A stretch of DNA of 64,000 nt from Spirochaetaceae bacterium (GTDB lineage: Bacteria > Spirochaetota > Spirochaetia > DSM-2461). The stretch lies in NCBI GenBank assembly GCA_965224705.1, contig OZ245056.1, positions 2,432,001 through 2,496,000 on the forward strand, given 5' to 3'. Numbering within the stretch: position 1 is the first letter of the stretch; every line of letters begins with the position of its first letter. The notes under the pieces were generated by a model, which saw only the letters and a program-made list of their open reading frames with translations, made no database searches and was not told where the DNA came from. A program made the position numbers and the translations under genes. Positions 32,130-41,002 of this stretch are shown piece by piece.

Positions 32130-32979
32130 GGGAATGGGTAAGCTCAGTATTGAATCCAAGGAAAAGTACAGTAAAAGCATTACACCATATAGAAATACAA
32201 TAAAGAAGTTATTACTTGAAGATTCTCAGTACGAGGCCAAAATAGCCAGTGGAAAATCCCCGAATCCTTATGAGATACTGAAATTGGTAGAAAACGATCT
32301 CACTATCATTTCATTTCAATTAGTGATGAATTCAGTTTCTCTGGCTCAATTAGGTCTCAAGAATGAAGTAGCCCTGAATGATGCAAGAAAAACTTGTTAT
32401 AAAGCAATAATAAAATTGGAGAGAGTATTCACTAACTTTGTGGATGTTCCGTTTAGTGAGTACGAGGATTCCCTGAAGGCAGTCTCTTCAGTATCAGAAT
32501 TAGAACGCTGTAAACTGATTAAAAAGGCGGGGTTTTCAATTGCAATGGTCAGCGATGGATTTGGTGAAAACAGCCGTTGGAAATGGTCATTAGTTGAGTT
32601 GGAAGCAAGATTGGCTGTAGTTGGGAAAAACACATTGAATCTCAAGACTCTTTTTTCCGGAATGGATCCCAGATCCGAAGGGTATCAGGAGAGAGTTCAT
32701 TATTTCAACCTTATCTGGAGACTTCTTGAAAATTCTGCTGATCAATATCGTAAGAAATATGAGCTTTCAACCGGGCGAATGGATGATTTTCGCATTGCCA
32801 TTAACTACCTATCTACATTACGGCGTCTTGCTGTGACACTGAACCGTCAGCAGGAAGTCGTAGTTCTGAAGCGCAAGATAGAAACCTGGAAAGAAAAAAT
32901 GGAAAAAGATGACCAGAACATGGAGAGAAAACAACGCTTTCAGCGATTGCAATCATCATCGCCTGCTCAAAAGAGTTAA
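32116..32979 (+). CDS. Hypothetical helical protein
   Basis: 287 aa ORF overlapping the recN end; no recognisable motif. Confidence 0.75.
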   Translation: MKQVRGMGKLSIESKEKYSKSITPYRNTIKKLLLEDSQYEAKIASGKSPNPYEILKLVENDLTIISFQLVMNSVSLAQLGLKNEVALNDARKTCYKAIIKLERVFTNFVDVPFSEYEDSLKAVSSVSELERCKLIKKAGFSIAMVSDGFGENSRWKWSLVELEARLAVVGKNTLNLKTLFSGMDPRSEGYQERVHYFNLIWRLLENSADQYRKKYELSTGRMDDFRIAINYLSTLRRLAVTLNRQQEVVVLKRKIETWKEKMEKDDQNMERKQRFQRLQSSSPAQKS

Positions 32980-33272
32980 GAGTCGAAGGACTCCTGTATC
33001 TCATAGACTCGGGTACTGATAACAATGGGGCATTTCCCTGCAACCGAACCTGCTTCTGCCAGGTCTTTTGCTTTAATCATTGTATACCCGGTGATTGATT
33101 CCTCAGCCATGGGAAGCTCTACCGTACCGTCATTGGTAAATTCCCGCCCTTGAGGGAAATGTGCCTTCTCTATCACCCGGTCACTTATTGAATCAAACCA
33201 TTTATTCCACTCGGCCATCTCTTCTGAAGATGGCATTTTGAAACCAAAATGCAGAATCATAAATTTTTTCAT
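32976..33272 (-). CDS. YCII-related protein
   Basis: MKKFMIL, EEMAEWNKWF, ITGYTMIKA..LAEA...A.KCP; ATG 33272 after GAGGT. Confidence 0.75.
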   Translation of the reverse strand: MKKFMILHFGFKMPSSEEMAEWNKWFDSISDRVIEKAHFPQGREFTNDGTVELPMAEESITGYTMIKAKDLAEAGSVAGKCPIVISTRVYEIQESFDS

Positions 33273-33358
33273 AACAACCTCTTGCCTGAACAATAGCAGA
33301 GTTGTGCTGATCGTGCAATATACAAAATTGTTTCAGTGATTCAACGAGGTGCCCTTAA

Positions 33359-34003
33359 CTAGATCCAGCGAATATCTTCAATCTTCTGGACGAAAGGGGT
33401 TACGGTAGCCCTGAGTTTTTCTTCAGTGATATCGGACACTTTTGCAATACCAAGTCTATTGGTCGGAGCATCTCCGCGAGTAAATCCAAAGGCAAGGAAG
33501 TTACCGCCAGCATCTCGGATCGCACTGCTCAGGTCAGCCAGTTCTCCCTTATGATCCGGCATCAGAAAGGTTATACGCAGGCCGTGTTCCCGTATGGCGA
33601 ATAACTCAATGAAGACTTCGAAAAGGTCTGATTCGGTGATTATTCCAATGAGCAGGTCATTGTCGGTTACCGGTAAACCACCTATATCATTGTCTGACAG
33701 TATTCTGGCCGCCTCCTCAATGGGTGTGTCTGGAGAACATGATATTGGATTGTTTGTCATGATTTTTGAAACTTCAAGTTTGGCGAGTAGAGATGTTATT
33801 TCCCATACATCAAGGGTACTGGCTGGCGATGGGGAGGCATATAGGATGTCTTTTTCTGTAATGATACCGATTAAACGGCCATTATTATCAATGACGGGCA
33901 GGCGATGAATTTTCTCCTGTTTCATCATTTCCCGGGAATCTGTGACAGAAGTTGTTGCTTTGATAGAGAAAGGATTCTTCACCATACGATCTTTTACATA
34001 CAT
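33359..34003 (-). CDS. CBS-pair plus ACT domain protein (AcuB-like)
   Basis: IHRLPVID..GRLIGIITEKD, IGGLPV...LIGIITESD, then PDHKGELADL. Confidence 0.88.
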   Translation of the reverse strand: MYVKDRMVKNPFSIKATTSVTDSREMMKQEKIHRLPVIDNNGRLIGIITEKDILYASPSPASTLDVWEITSLLAKLEVSKIMTNNPISCSPDTPIEEAARILSDNDIGGLPVTDNDLLIGIITESDLFEVFIELFAIREHGLRITFLMPDHKGELADLSSAIRDAGGNFLAFGFTRGDAPTNRLGIAKVSDITEEKLRATVTPFVQKIEDIRWI

Positions 34004-34206
34004 GAGAAACCTCCTTGTTTCTATATAATAGTTGTCCCATCGTATTCAGGTCAATGTTCCCCATATCATTTTTCTAAGAGTTCCTGGTTGTTTCAGCGAG
34101 GGTCTCTCAAGAACGGCAACACTGGAATACGGTTAATCTCTGTGTCCGTATGAACCAGAGTAACATGGCATCACATAGAATCCCTGAAGATTTTCATCCT
34201 TTCCTG

Positions 34207-35268
34207 CTAAAATCTGACGTATTGAAGTGTTATGTACAGAATGTAGATCCCTGTAAGATAAACTCCCTGCCACCGTTTGAATCGGCCTGTTTTGTTCAAA
34301 TCTGCAAAGAGTTTGAAAGAAATGAGAATAATCAGCATCACGGGGAAGTGGAGCCGGAGAAAATTGGGTGGTATAGCCAGTGGTGCGGCCAGTGATGCGG
34401 CTCCGATGACAAACAGGGCATTGAGGACGTCGGCTCCTGCAATGTTTCCAATAGTGATTTCGGGGTGACCTTTTCTAATGGCGGCAACAGCAGTCGTGAG
34501 CTCAGGCAAAGATGTTCCCAGAGCGACCATGGTTGCTGCAATGACATCCTCAGGAACCTTCAGCCGTCGGGCAGTTTCGCTGGCGGCTGGTATAAGGATT
34601 CGTGAGGCAAGAAGTACGAAGAAAAGTCCTCCCAGAAACAATATGAATGTAAGGGCTAACGAAACTTTTCCTTCCTGGTCGTCCTCATCATCCTGTTGAC
34701 TCCTGGATTGTGCCCATCGATAACTCGACCATAGATACACACCCAGAAGTGAAACAAGGATCAATCCCATCCATCGGCTGATAGATGGAGTCTCATTGGA
34801 GATCAATTGAGCTGTGACAGCAAGCAGTACCAGAAGAATTGCCGAACCCAGTTGCCACCAGCCAGTTCTGTTGAGGAGCCATTTATTGTGCGGCGGTGCT
34901 GCAATGAGGACCACAAGACCAAATATCAATCCTGTATCGGCTATGATTGAACCAACTCCGTTTCCCAGTGCCAGGCCAGGATTTCCTGTAAAGGCAGCCA
35001 TCACTGAGACAAAAGCCTCCGGTGCCGTTGTTCCCAGACTGAGTATCGTTGCTCCAATCACGAATTTTGGAAGTCTGGTTCGAAGTGCAAGGCTGACTGA
35101 ACCATCGATGATCCAATCTGCCCCCTTGGTGAGTAAGTATATTGTTACGGCTATTACAATGAATATTATTCCGAGTGGTAGACTCTCAAAAAGCATTGCC
35201 AGACTGTGCTCGTCAGTCAGATAGTTCCAGAATTGCATGATAGAAAGAATAGGGATCTTGTTTATCAT
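34207..35268 (-). CDS. Ca2+/Na+ (CaCA family) antiporter
   Basis: Alpha repeats LGTTAPE and LGTSLPEL; GNGVGS, GNIAGA. Confidence 0.9.
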   Translation of the reverse strand: MINKIPILSIMQFWNYLTDEHSLAMLFESLPLGIIFIVIAVTIYLLTKGADWIIDGSVSLALRTRLPKFVIGATILSLGTTAPEAFVSVMAAFTGNPGLALGNGVGSIIADTGLIFGLVVLIAAPPHNKWLLNRTGWWQLGSAILLVLLAVTAQLISNETPSISRWMGLILVSLLGVYLWSSYRWAQSRSQQDDEDDQEGKVSLALTFILFLGGLFFVLLASRILIPAASETARRLKVPEDVIAATMVALGTSLPELTTAVAAIRKGHPEITIGNIAGADVLNALFVIGAASLAAPLAIPPNFLRLHFPVMLIILISFKLFADLNKTGRFKRWQGVYLTGIYILYITLQYVRF

Positions 35269-35337
35269 TGTATAGTAGTGAGATTCTCTTCAAGATGCCT
35301 GATATCAGATACTCAGCATAAAAAACGTCGGCAGGAC

Positions 35338-35366
35338 TTGATAAAAATGAAAGAATTCAGTATACA
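35338..35366 (+). promoter_or_regulatory. Putative sigma-70 promoter of tRNA-Gly
   Basis: TTGATA-17 bp-TATACA ending 10 bp upstream of the tRNA. Confidence 0.5.
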
Positions 35367-35376
35367 TCATTACTGT

Positions 35377-35448
35377 GCGAAAGTAGCTCAGTGGTAGAGC
35401 TCCACCTTGCCAAGGTGGATGTCGCGAGTTCGAATCTCGTCTTTCGCT
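35377..35448 (+). tRNA. tRNA-Gly(GCC)
   Basis: Acceptor GCGAAAG/CTTTCGC, anticodon arm CCACC-TTGCCAA-GGTGG, T loop TTCGAAT; CCA not encoded. Confidence 0.97.
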
Positions 35449-35685
35449 TCGGGATTCTTAAATATACAGTGTCAGGAAGCTTGTTGTAGCCTGGTTTCAT
35501 TGAAATTCAACGAGGTGAAGATCCCTGTCAGATATAGCAATTTAATGTTGAATACGACTGTTATTCGGCGAATTACTCTTTGGTACGATAAGAATTCTTA
35601 CCGGCACGGTGAATAGTAAATATTGGTCCTATAAGTATTAGTTCTCTGGTAGAAAAAACCAATCTATCTAACAAGCTTTCTGACA

Positions 35686-36270
35686 CTACATTTTTCTGAG
35701 TTTATTCAGATCTTCTTTTGTATCAATGTCAGTGAATATACCATAATCATTCACTGGAACAGGCATGGGTTTGAGAGGTTCTATCACATCCATGGCTTTT
35801 TCGTCGGGCTGAGCCATTCTTATCAACTGAGCGGCCTGTCCATCCATCAGCACGGGATGACCTCGTTTATCATTGCAGAAGGGGTATACTACATGGTTGT
35901 TTTTGATGGATTTGGCCAGCTTGAAAAAAGTCTGAGGCATAATGTGGATGAGGTCTGCCAGTAGAACAAAGAATAGTTTGCTTTCAAGCCTGGTGATTCC
36001 GACTTGCAGTGAACCAAGTTGACCTGACTGATAATTGTTATTGTGGACGATTTCGACATTTTCACCATGTTGAAGCACTGAAGATATATCCACTGCCCCC
36101 TGAACAATAATAACTCTGGTACAGCATCTCAGCGCCAATTCTAAACTATGCCGCAGGATGGGTTTCCCCTTTATTTGTATCAGCTGTTTACTCAAGCCCA
36201 TTCGATGGGATTCACCCGCTGCCAGCAAGATACAATCGATATTCAGTTTCTTCATTATCTCATTCATCAT
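35686..36270 (-). CDS. MocA/MobA-like nucleotidyltransferase
   Basis: ILLAAGESHRMG..K, GQLGSLQVG, LAD, RGHPV, DIDT. Confidence 0.87.
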   Translation of the reverse strand: MMNEIMKKLNIDCILLAAGESHRMGLSKQLIQIKGKPILRHSLELALRCCTRVIIVQGAVDISSVLQHGENVEIVHNNNYQSGQLGSLQVGITRLESKLFFVLLADLIHIMPQTFFKLAKSIKNNHVVYPFCNDKRGHPVLMDGQAAQLIRMAQPDEKAMDVIEPLKPMPVPVNDYGIFTDIDTKEDLNKLRKM

Positions 36271-36606
36271 TGGCTGTAAGTGTCAGGTTCAAACCTGTTC
36301 TTCACCGGAAAATGGTGTTCAGTAATCTTTCCTTACGACCGATGCAGCCTTTGAGGACGACTTCATACTATGCGGTATTTTCTTTCTGGACAAGACACAC
36401 TTCAGATTATAAGGAATAACAGATGCTGGATACAGGACTGAGATATCAGTATTCCAGATGAATTTCTTCAATATGAAACAGAAAGGCTGCACGGGATTGT
36501 CACGGAGCTGAACAGTCTGTATTGGCAGCCGATTGCTGAAGAATCATTCAGCTTCATATTCCTTCTTCTCAGACAGTATATTCTGAGGCGCACAGTGGGA
36601 TTATAT

Positions 36607-36680
36607 CGATCGCTAGAGGATTCGAACCTCTGACCTTTGCCTCCGGAGGGCAACGCTCTATCCAGCTGAGCTAAGCGACC
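36607..36680 (-). tRNA. tRNA-Arg(CCG)
   Basis: GGTCGCTTAGCTCAGCTGGATAGAGC..TTGCC-CTCCGGA-GGCAA..GGTTCGAATCC..AGCGATCG. Confidence 0.97.
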
Positions 36681-36884
36681 AGTTCAATCATTATAGTCGA
36701 AATAAGAGTTCTTCATAGATGGGAAAAGGTCAGATACGGTTTATCCTCTATTCTTTCAAGTGAATCACAATGGACTGAAGTTCAATCATGGCCGGTACAG
36801 CTTCTCTGTGGCAGTATTCATAGTTTGTATGGCATCAGGGATTCATAGAAGTGATTCTTACCGTAGATCTGATACTCATGTGTT

Positions 36885-38165
36885 TCACCTGGCGTTGTAT
36901 CTCCTTTCATTATTATCAAGTAGTCTGGATTCCATGTAGTAACGTTTTTCTACTGCCTCACCAATACTGAATGATTTTCCCGGATATGGACCAACCTGGC
37001 TTATCCTGCTGAAGAAAGTCTTTTTGTCAAGGTTGGGGAGTAGAATTCCAACCGTTTCCGGTTTGTCTGCCAGCTCTCGAAGAGATTTTTCGCCATGAAT
37101 GTAGTCAATGCCTGTTTCTGGATGAGCATCAATATAGGAATTCAAAGATTCCTGAACGAGTTCAATGGTTAGTTTCTCCATAGTTGTATTGCAGAGTGTA
37201 AAAGTCATCTCCTTGCTCTCGGAAATGATCATGATGGTATCAAAATCCTGTCCAAATCTGTTGATCCTGGATTCACTCAAGGATAATCTTTCTTTCAGGA
37301 AAGTGATTAAACTTCTTGTATCAGCATTATAGAGCAGCCGGTGAATTGGGTGAAAATGTAACCCTTCATCATGAATGTTTATTACTTCCACAAGGGCAAA
37401 ACGTGCTGGATGATCAACAGGAGCACCGGCAGATTTCTTCTCTTCCCATATTTTCTTTGCAGATGCCAGAGAATGATTTCCATCGCCAACAGCAAATAGG
37501 AAGTCTGTGTTCCGGGCAATAGATTCAAAGGCCTGTGTGAGGTCTTCCAGATCTGATACAAGACGACCAGTCAGGTGGCCCCCTCTCTGAATGAGATCAA
37601 AATCATAGAGGGTCTCTTTTTCGGCATGATTTGAAGCTGTGGTCATCACAACATCGTCAGGATCATCAATAAGGAGAATAGTGTGAGAAAGATCCAGGGA
37701 AGCATTCCGGCGTACAGCTATACGAGGAGGCAGCCGATCCTGAATAGTTCCCTCTGTAGGCCGAGCCAGGCTGGTTGACTTTTCTGAGAAGTCGTAGTTT
37801 TCCAGGTCCAGTGCTAAAACCAATCCCCGTCGCTGTGCAACAAATGGAGTTGAGCGTTCGACAAAAATGATCCCATTGGGCAGCGGCCGTAAAATTCCAT
37901 TGGAGATCGATTCTTTCATTGCCGAATGGATCTCTTTGACTTTCTGATCAATACTCCCTTCATTCAGGTAGTATTCTGGAAGAATCAAATTCAGAGTAGA
38001 TGGATGATTGCCAACAATATGTTGAGTTTCTTCCCAGTATTGCTTCTCAGATGTGAATTGATCACATGCGATGACAGACCAGTATTCAGGTTTGATCGTA
38101 TTACCGGGAATCATAATCTCTGGTACTGAAATTCCAAGTTTGCTCAGACGTTCAATCAGGTTCAT
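36885..38165 (-). CDS. DUF1015 family protein
   Basis: WSVIACDQFTS, PTEGT...RLPPR, FAVGDGNHSLA, FHPIHR; ATG 38165 preferred. Confidence 0.88.
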   Translation of the reverse strand: MNLIERLSKLGISVPEIMIPGNTIKPEYWSVIACDQFTSEKQYWEETQHIVGNHPSTLNLILPEYYLNEGSIDQKVKEIHSAMKESISNGILRPLPNGIIFVERSTPFVAQRRGLVLALDLENYDFSEKSTSLARPTEGTIQDRLPPRIAVRRNASLDLSHTILLIDDPDDVVMTTASNHAEKETLYDFDLIQRGGHLTGRLVSDLEDLTQAFESIARNTDFLFAVGDGNHSLASAKKIWEEKKSAGAPVDHPARFALVEVINIHDEGLHFHPIHRLLYNADTRSLITFLKERLSLSESRINRFGQDFDTIMIISESKEMTFTLCNTTMEKLTIELVQESLNSYIDAHPETGIDYIHGEKSLRELADKPETVGILLPNLDKKTFFSRISQVGPYPGKSFSIGEAVEKRYYMESRLLDNNERRYNAR

Positions 38166-38637
38166 TGTCTTCTTTGTCCATATTGATATCATCTGTAGTA
38201 AATGGGACTTTAATCTCAAAACCCTTGTAGACCATAAAAGATTCAATGGATTCTATTCGGTCAACTTTGCTTAATTCTTCGCTGAGGAATTTCAACAGGT
38301 CGAATCCCTGCTGAAGATGCACAGTGATGAGTAAATCGTAGCGACCGGTTACAACACCAACTGAAACAACACCGTGAAGTTTACTTACCTCTTCTCCTTT
38401 GGAAACGTAATTCATATCTTTGAGCTTGGCACCGATGTAGATGATTTGATGACCCAGCATGGCTTCAGGGTCAACATAGCCTGCAATTTTCAGTATTCCA
38501 TCCTGTTCAAGTTTACGTACTCGTGCTTTTATTGTGTTTTCTGATACTCCAAGAGCAACAGCGATTTTTTTGTACGGCTTTCGTCCTTCAGTCAAATGAC
38601 TGATAATGCTCATATTCAATTGATCAATCTGAGTCAT
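38152..38637 (-). CDS. Lrp/AsnC family transcriptional regulator
   Basis: GRKPYKKIAVALGVSENTIKARVRKLEQDGIL HTH; VTGRYDL. Confidence 0.92.
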   Translation of the reverse strand: MTQIDQLNMSIISHLTEGRKPYKKIAVALGVSENTIKARVRKLEQDGILKIAGYVDPEAMLGHQIIYIGAKLKDMNYVSKGEEVSKLHGVVSVGVVTGRYDLLITVHLQQGFDLLKFLSEELSKVDRIESIESFMVYKGFEIKVPFTTDDINMDKEDNEPD

Positions 38638-39718
38638 AGTACCTGCTTGCGAAATCCTTCATTAGTTCCATCAGTCTCATCAGACCATCCATACTCATGG
38701 CATTATACAGGGAGGCTCGGCATCCTCCCACACTGCGGTGTCCCCTGAGACCTACGAGTCCGTTTGCTGCAGCCTCCTCAAGAAATTTGTTCTCTAACTG
38801 TTCCGTTCTTAATCGCCAGACTATATTCATATCCGATCTCATATTGGGGTCCACGGGATTCCTGTAGAATCCTTCAGACTCATCAATGAGCCTGTAGAGT
38901 GCTGCGGCCTGCTGCTTGTTCTCTTCTGCAACTCGACTCAAACCACCTTGATCTTTTAGTTTTTCCAAAACCAGTTTCATTGCCCAGATAGAGAATACTG
39001 GAGGAGTGTTATATAGAGAATTGCTCCTGGCATGAACGGCGTAATTCAAATATGAACCAAGATAATTGGGACAGCGTGAAAGAAGATCTTCTCTGATTAT
39101 CACGACTGTTGCGCCAGCTGGACCAAGGTTTTTCTGGGCACCGGCATAAATCACAGCAAACCTGGAAACGTCAATTGGTCTGCTGAGGATATCGCTGGAC
39201 ATGTCGGCAAAGAGGGGAATCTCCTGTGTGTCAGGAAAAGATTTCCACTGAATCCCTCCTATTGTTTCATTGGTGGTTATGTGAAGATAGGATGACTCCT
39301 TATGTATTGTCAGATCGAGGGGATTGGGCAGCGTGCAGTATCTGTTACTCTCACCATCCCATGGGATAGATATCGAACCGAACTTCTTTGCTTCTGTAAT
39401 TGCTTTTTGTGCCCATGCACCGGAATTAATATACTCGGCTCTGCTGTTGGGTAATAGAAAATTCATTGGGATCATGGAGAACTGCAAAGTAGCACCTCCA
39501 CTGAGGAGGAGAATGCAATAGGATTCAGGGATTTTCATCAGTTCTCTGAGGAGGAGAATCACTCCGTTATGTACTTCTCTGTATGGGGTTTCCCGGTGGC
39601 TCATTTCCACTATGGAGAGACCAGTCCCATTGTAGTCGAGCATTTCCTGTGAAATAGTCTTCAATACTTCAACAGGGAGTACAGATGGACCAGCAGAGAA
39701 ATTAACAGGGCGATTCAA
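38624..39718 (-). CDS. serC: Phosphoserine aminotransferase
   Basis: NFSAGPS, EMSHR, GAQKNLGPAG, GHRSVGGCRASLYNA; start TTG 39718 or ATG 39733. Confidence 0.96.
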   Translation of the reverse strand: MNRPVNFSAGPSVLPVEVLKTISQEMLDYNGTGLSIVEMSHRETPYREVHNGVILLLRELMKIPESYCILLLSGGATLQFSMIPMNFLLPNSRAEYINSGAWAQKAITEAKKFGSISIPWDGESNRYCTLPNPLDLTIHKESSYLHITTNETIGGIQWKSFPDTQEIPLFADMSSDILSRPIDVSRFAVIYAGAQKNLGPAGATVVIIREDLLSRCPNYLGSYLNYAVHARSNSLYNTPPVFSIWAMKLVLEKLKDQGGLSRVAEENKQQAAALYRLIDESEGFYRNPVDPNMRSDMNIVWRLRTEQLENKFLEEAAANGLVGLRGHRSVGGCRASLYNAMSMDGLMRLMELMKDFASRYYDSD

Positions 39719-39748
39719 TCCTTCTCTCCTCATTCAGCGGCTTGCTGG

Positions 39749-39778
39749 ATTGTGTCATTATTTGTGTCAGGGATGCAA
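39749..39778 (-). promoter_or_regulatory. Putative serC operon promoter
   Basis: TTGCAT-18 bp-CACAAT with TGn extension; overlaps a TGACACAA direct repeat pair. Confidence 0.35.
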
Positions 39779-39782
39779 TAGG

Positions 39783-40248
39783 CGAGGAGAAGAGCAAAAC
39801 AGGAAAGGCCGATGTTATCAAGTTTTTGGGTATGACCATTGTGGCCGGAATGATCACGATTTCGTCGGTGTCAATGAGCCGAGCCAATGATAGGCTTTGT
39901 GAATTGATACCCAGACGAACGAATCAGTCTATTGAATCTGCAATGGAAAAGCTGAATACCTGGTACCGGGGCTGGAGCGGATATTACGGTATGACCGAAG
40001 ATAAGCACCAGCTTCAAAGAGTAGAAGCCCATGCCAGAAGGCGATTGAGATCCCGAATAGTGTATGAGCACAAGAGACCCCGGAATCTGAAACGAACTCT
40101 ATTAAAAAGGGGAGTATCAGAGTATGGGGCCAATCGTATCATCAACAATATGGGCATCTGGGCGACTTCAAGGAGTCCGGCTATGCACAAAGCTTTTCCC
40201 AATCGGTATTTCATTGAAGAACTCGGGCAGTTTATTTATTCAGCCTGA
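39783..40248 (+). pseudogene. C-terminal fragment of a group II intron RT/maturase
   Basis: EEKSK...KFLG (RT7), LNTWYRGWSGYY (domain X), GIWATSRSPAMHKAFPNRYF; no YADD, no endonuclease domain. Confidence 0.88.
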
Positions 40249-40355
40249 GACTGAAAGAAATTTGAACACATGCATGAGGAGCCGTGTACGGACCCGTACG
40301 CACGGTTCTGTGAGAGGACGGCATCCCTGCTTTCGCAGGGTGCCTCCTACTCGAT
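39783..40355 (+). mobile_element. 5'-truncated group II intron, class C-like
   Basis: Domain V GAGCCGTGTACGGACCCGTACGCACGGTTC (40279-40308), domain VI with bulged A, ending ...CCTACTCGAT; left boundary approximate. Confidence 0.9.
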
Positions 40356-40570
40356 GCGTAGCTGGGCTACGTGAGTATTTTGGCAACGCAGCTGCAGGGG
40401 ATGCGAGTCTATAAACTCGCATCCTGAGAGAGTGCCGAGCGATAGCGAGGAAAAGCCGCCACGGATGGCGGCGAAAACGAACGAAGGCGGCTTTCCAGAA
40501 GCAAGCAGGAGGCTTGCTTCTGGAGAGAAGGGCAAAAATCGAGCCGTGAGACGTAAATCCGACAGGTTCC
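40356..40570 (-). mobile_element. MITE-like element copy 4 (partial, with ~125 bp internal insert)
   Basis: GCGTAGCTGGGCTACGTGAGTATTTTGGCAACGC and AAGGGCAAAAATCGAGCCGTGAG...TCCGACAGGTTCC match copies 1-3. Confidence 0.85.
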
Positions 40571-40891
40571 CTATGCAGAATCGTAGACTTCGTCTTTTGT
40601 CGGAAGATTGACTCTCAACTCTTTCATATAGGATTTCAAATCTCCCATCGGTGTATATGTATCACAGTGATCCATGAACCGACGTGCGATTGTAAAATAC
40701 TTGTGTAATTTCTCGTCGCCAAGTTTCTTGCGCCATTTCCCGGCACTGCATCTGATTCGCAGCATGTATTTACCATCATTGGTGTAATGACGGATGAGTT
40801 TGCAGTTTATGCAATTGGCACAGTAGATTTTCTTATTTAAATTCTCTTTTAACGGATCAAATGCTGGAACCATTTCCATCCTCTCGAGCAC
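40571..40891 (-). CDS. Small Cys-rich hypothetical protein
   Basis: YCANCINCK...RC...C pattern, possible metal binding; follows glgP; start uncertain. Confidence 0.7.
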   Translation of the reverse strand: MLERMEMVPAFDPLKENLNKKIYCANCINCKLIRHYTNDGKYMLRIRCSAGKWRKKLGDEKLHKYFTIARRFMDHCDTYTPMGDLKSYMKELRVNLPTKDEVYDSA

Positions 40892-41002
40892 CTCTGAAAA
40901 AGAATCCTGTTCTTGAAGCTGTTTTCTGGAGATACCCTTTTACTTAAAGAGTCTCCTTGTTCTGGATTATCGACGAAACAGATGAAAAAATTGAATCCCC
41001 TA

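Noticed and set aside
34004..34206. Possible structured RNA upstream of the CBS-ACT gene
   Set aside because: Only weak imperfect pairing and no riboswitch consensus I can recognise
39742..40248. Intact RT of a retron, DGR or defence system
   Set aside because: No YADD catalytic core; domain X and adjacent domains V-VI identify a group II intron fragment; the first ~14 codons are serC upstream DNA
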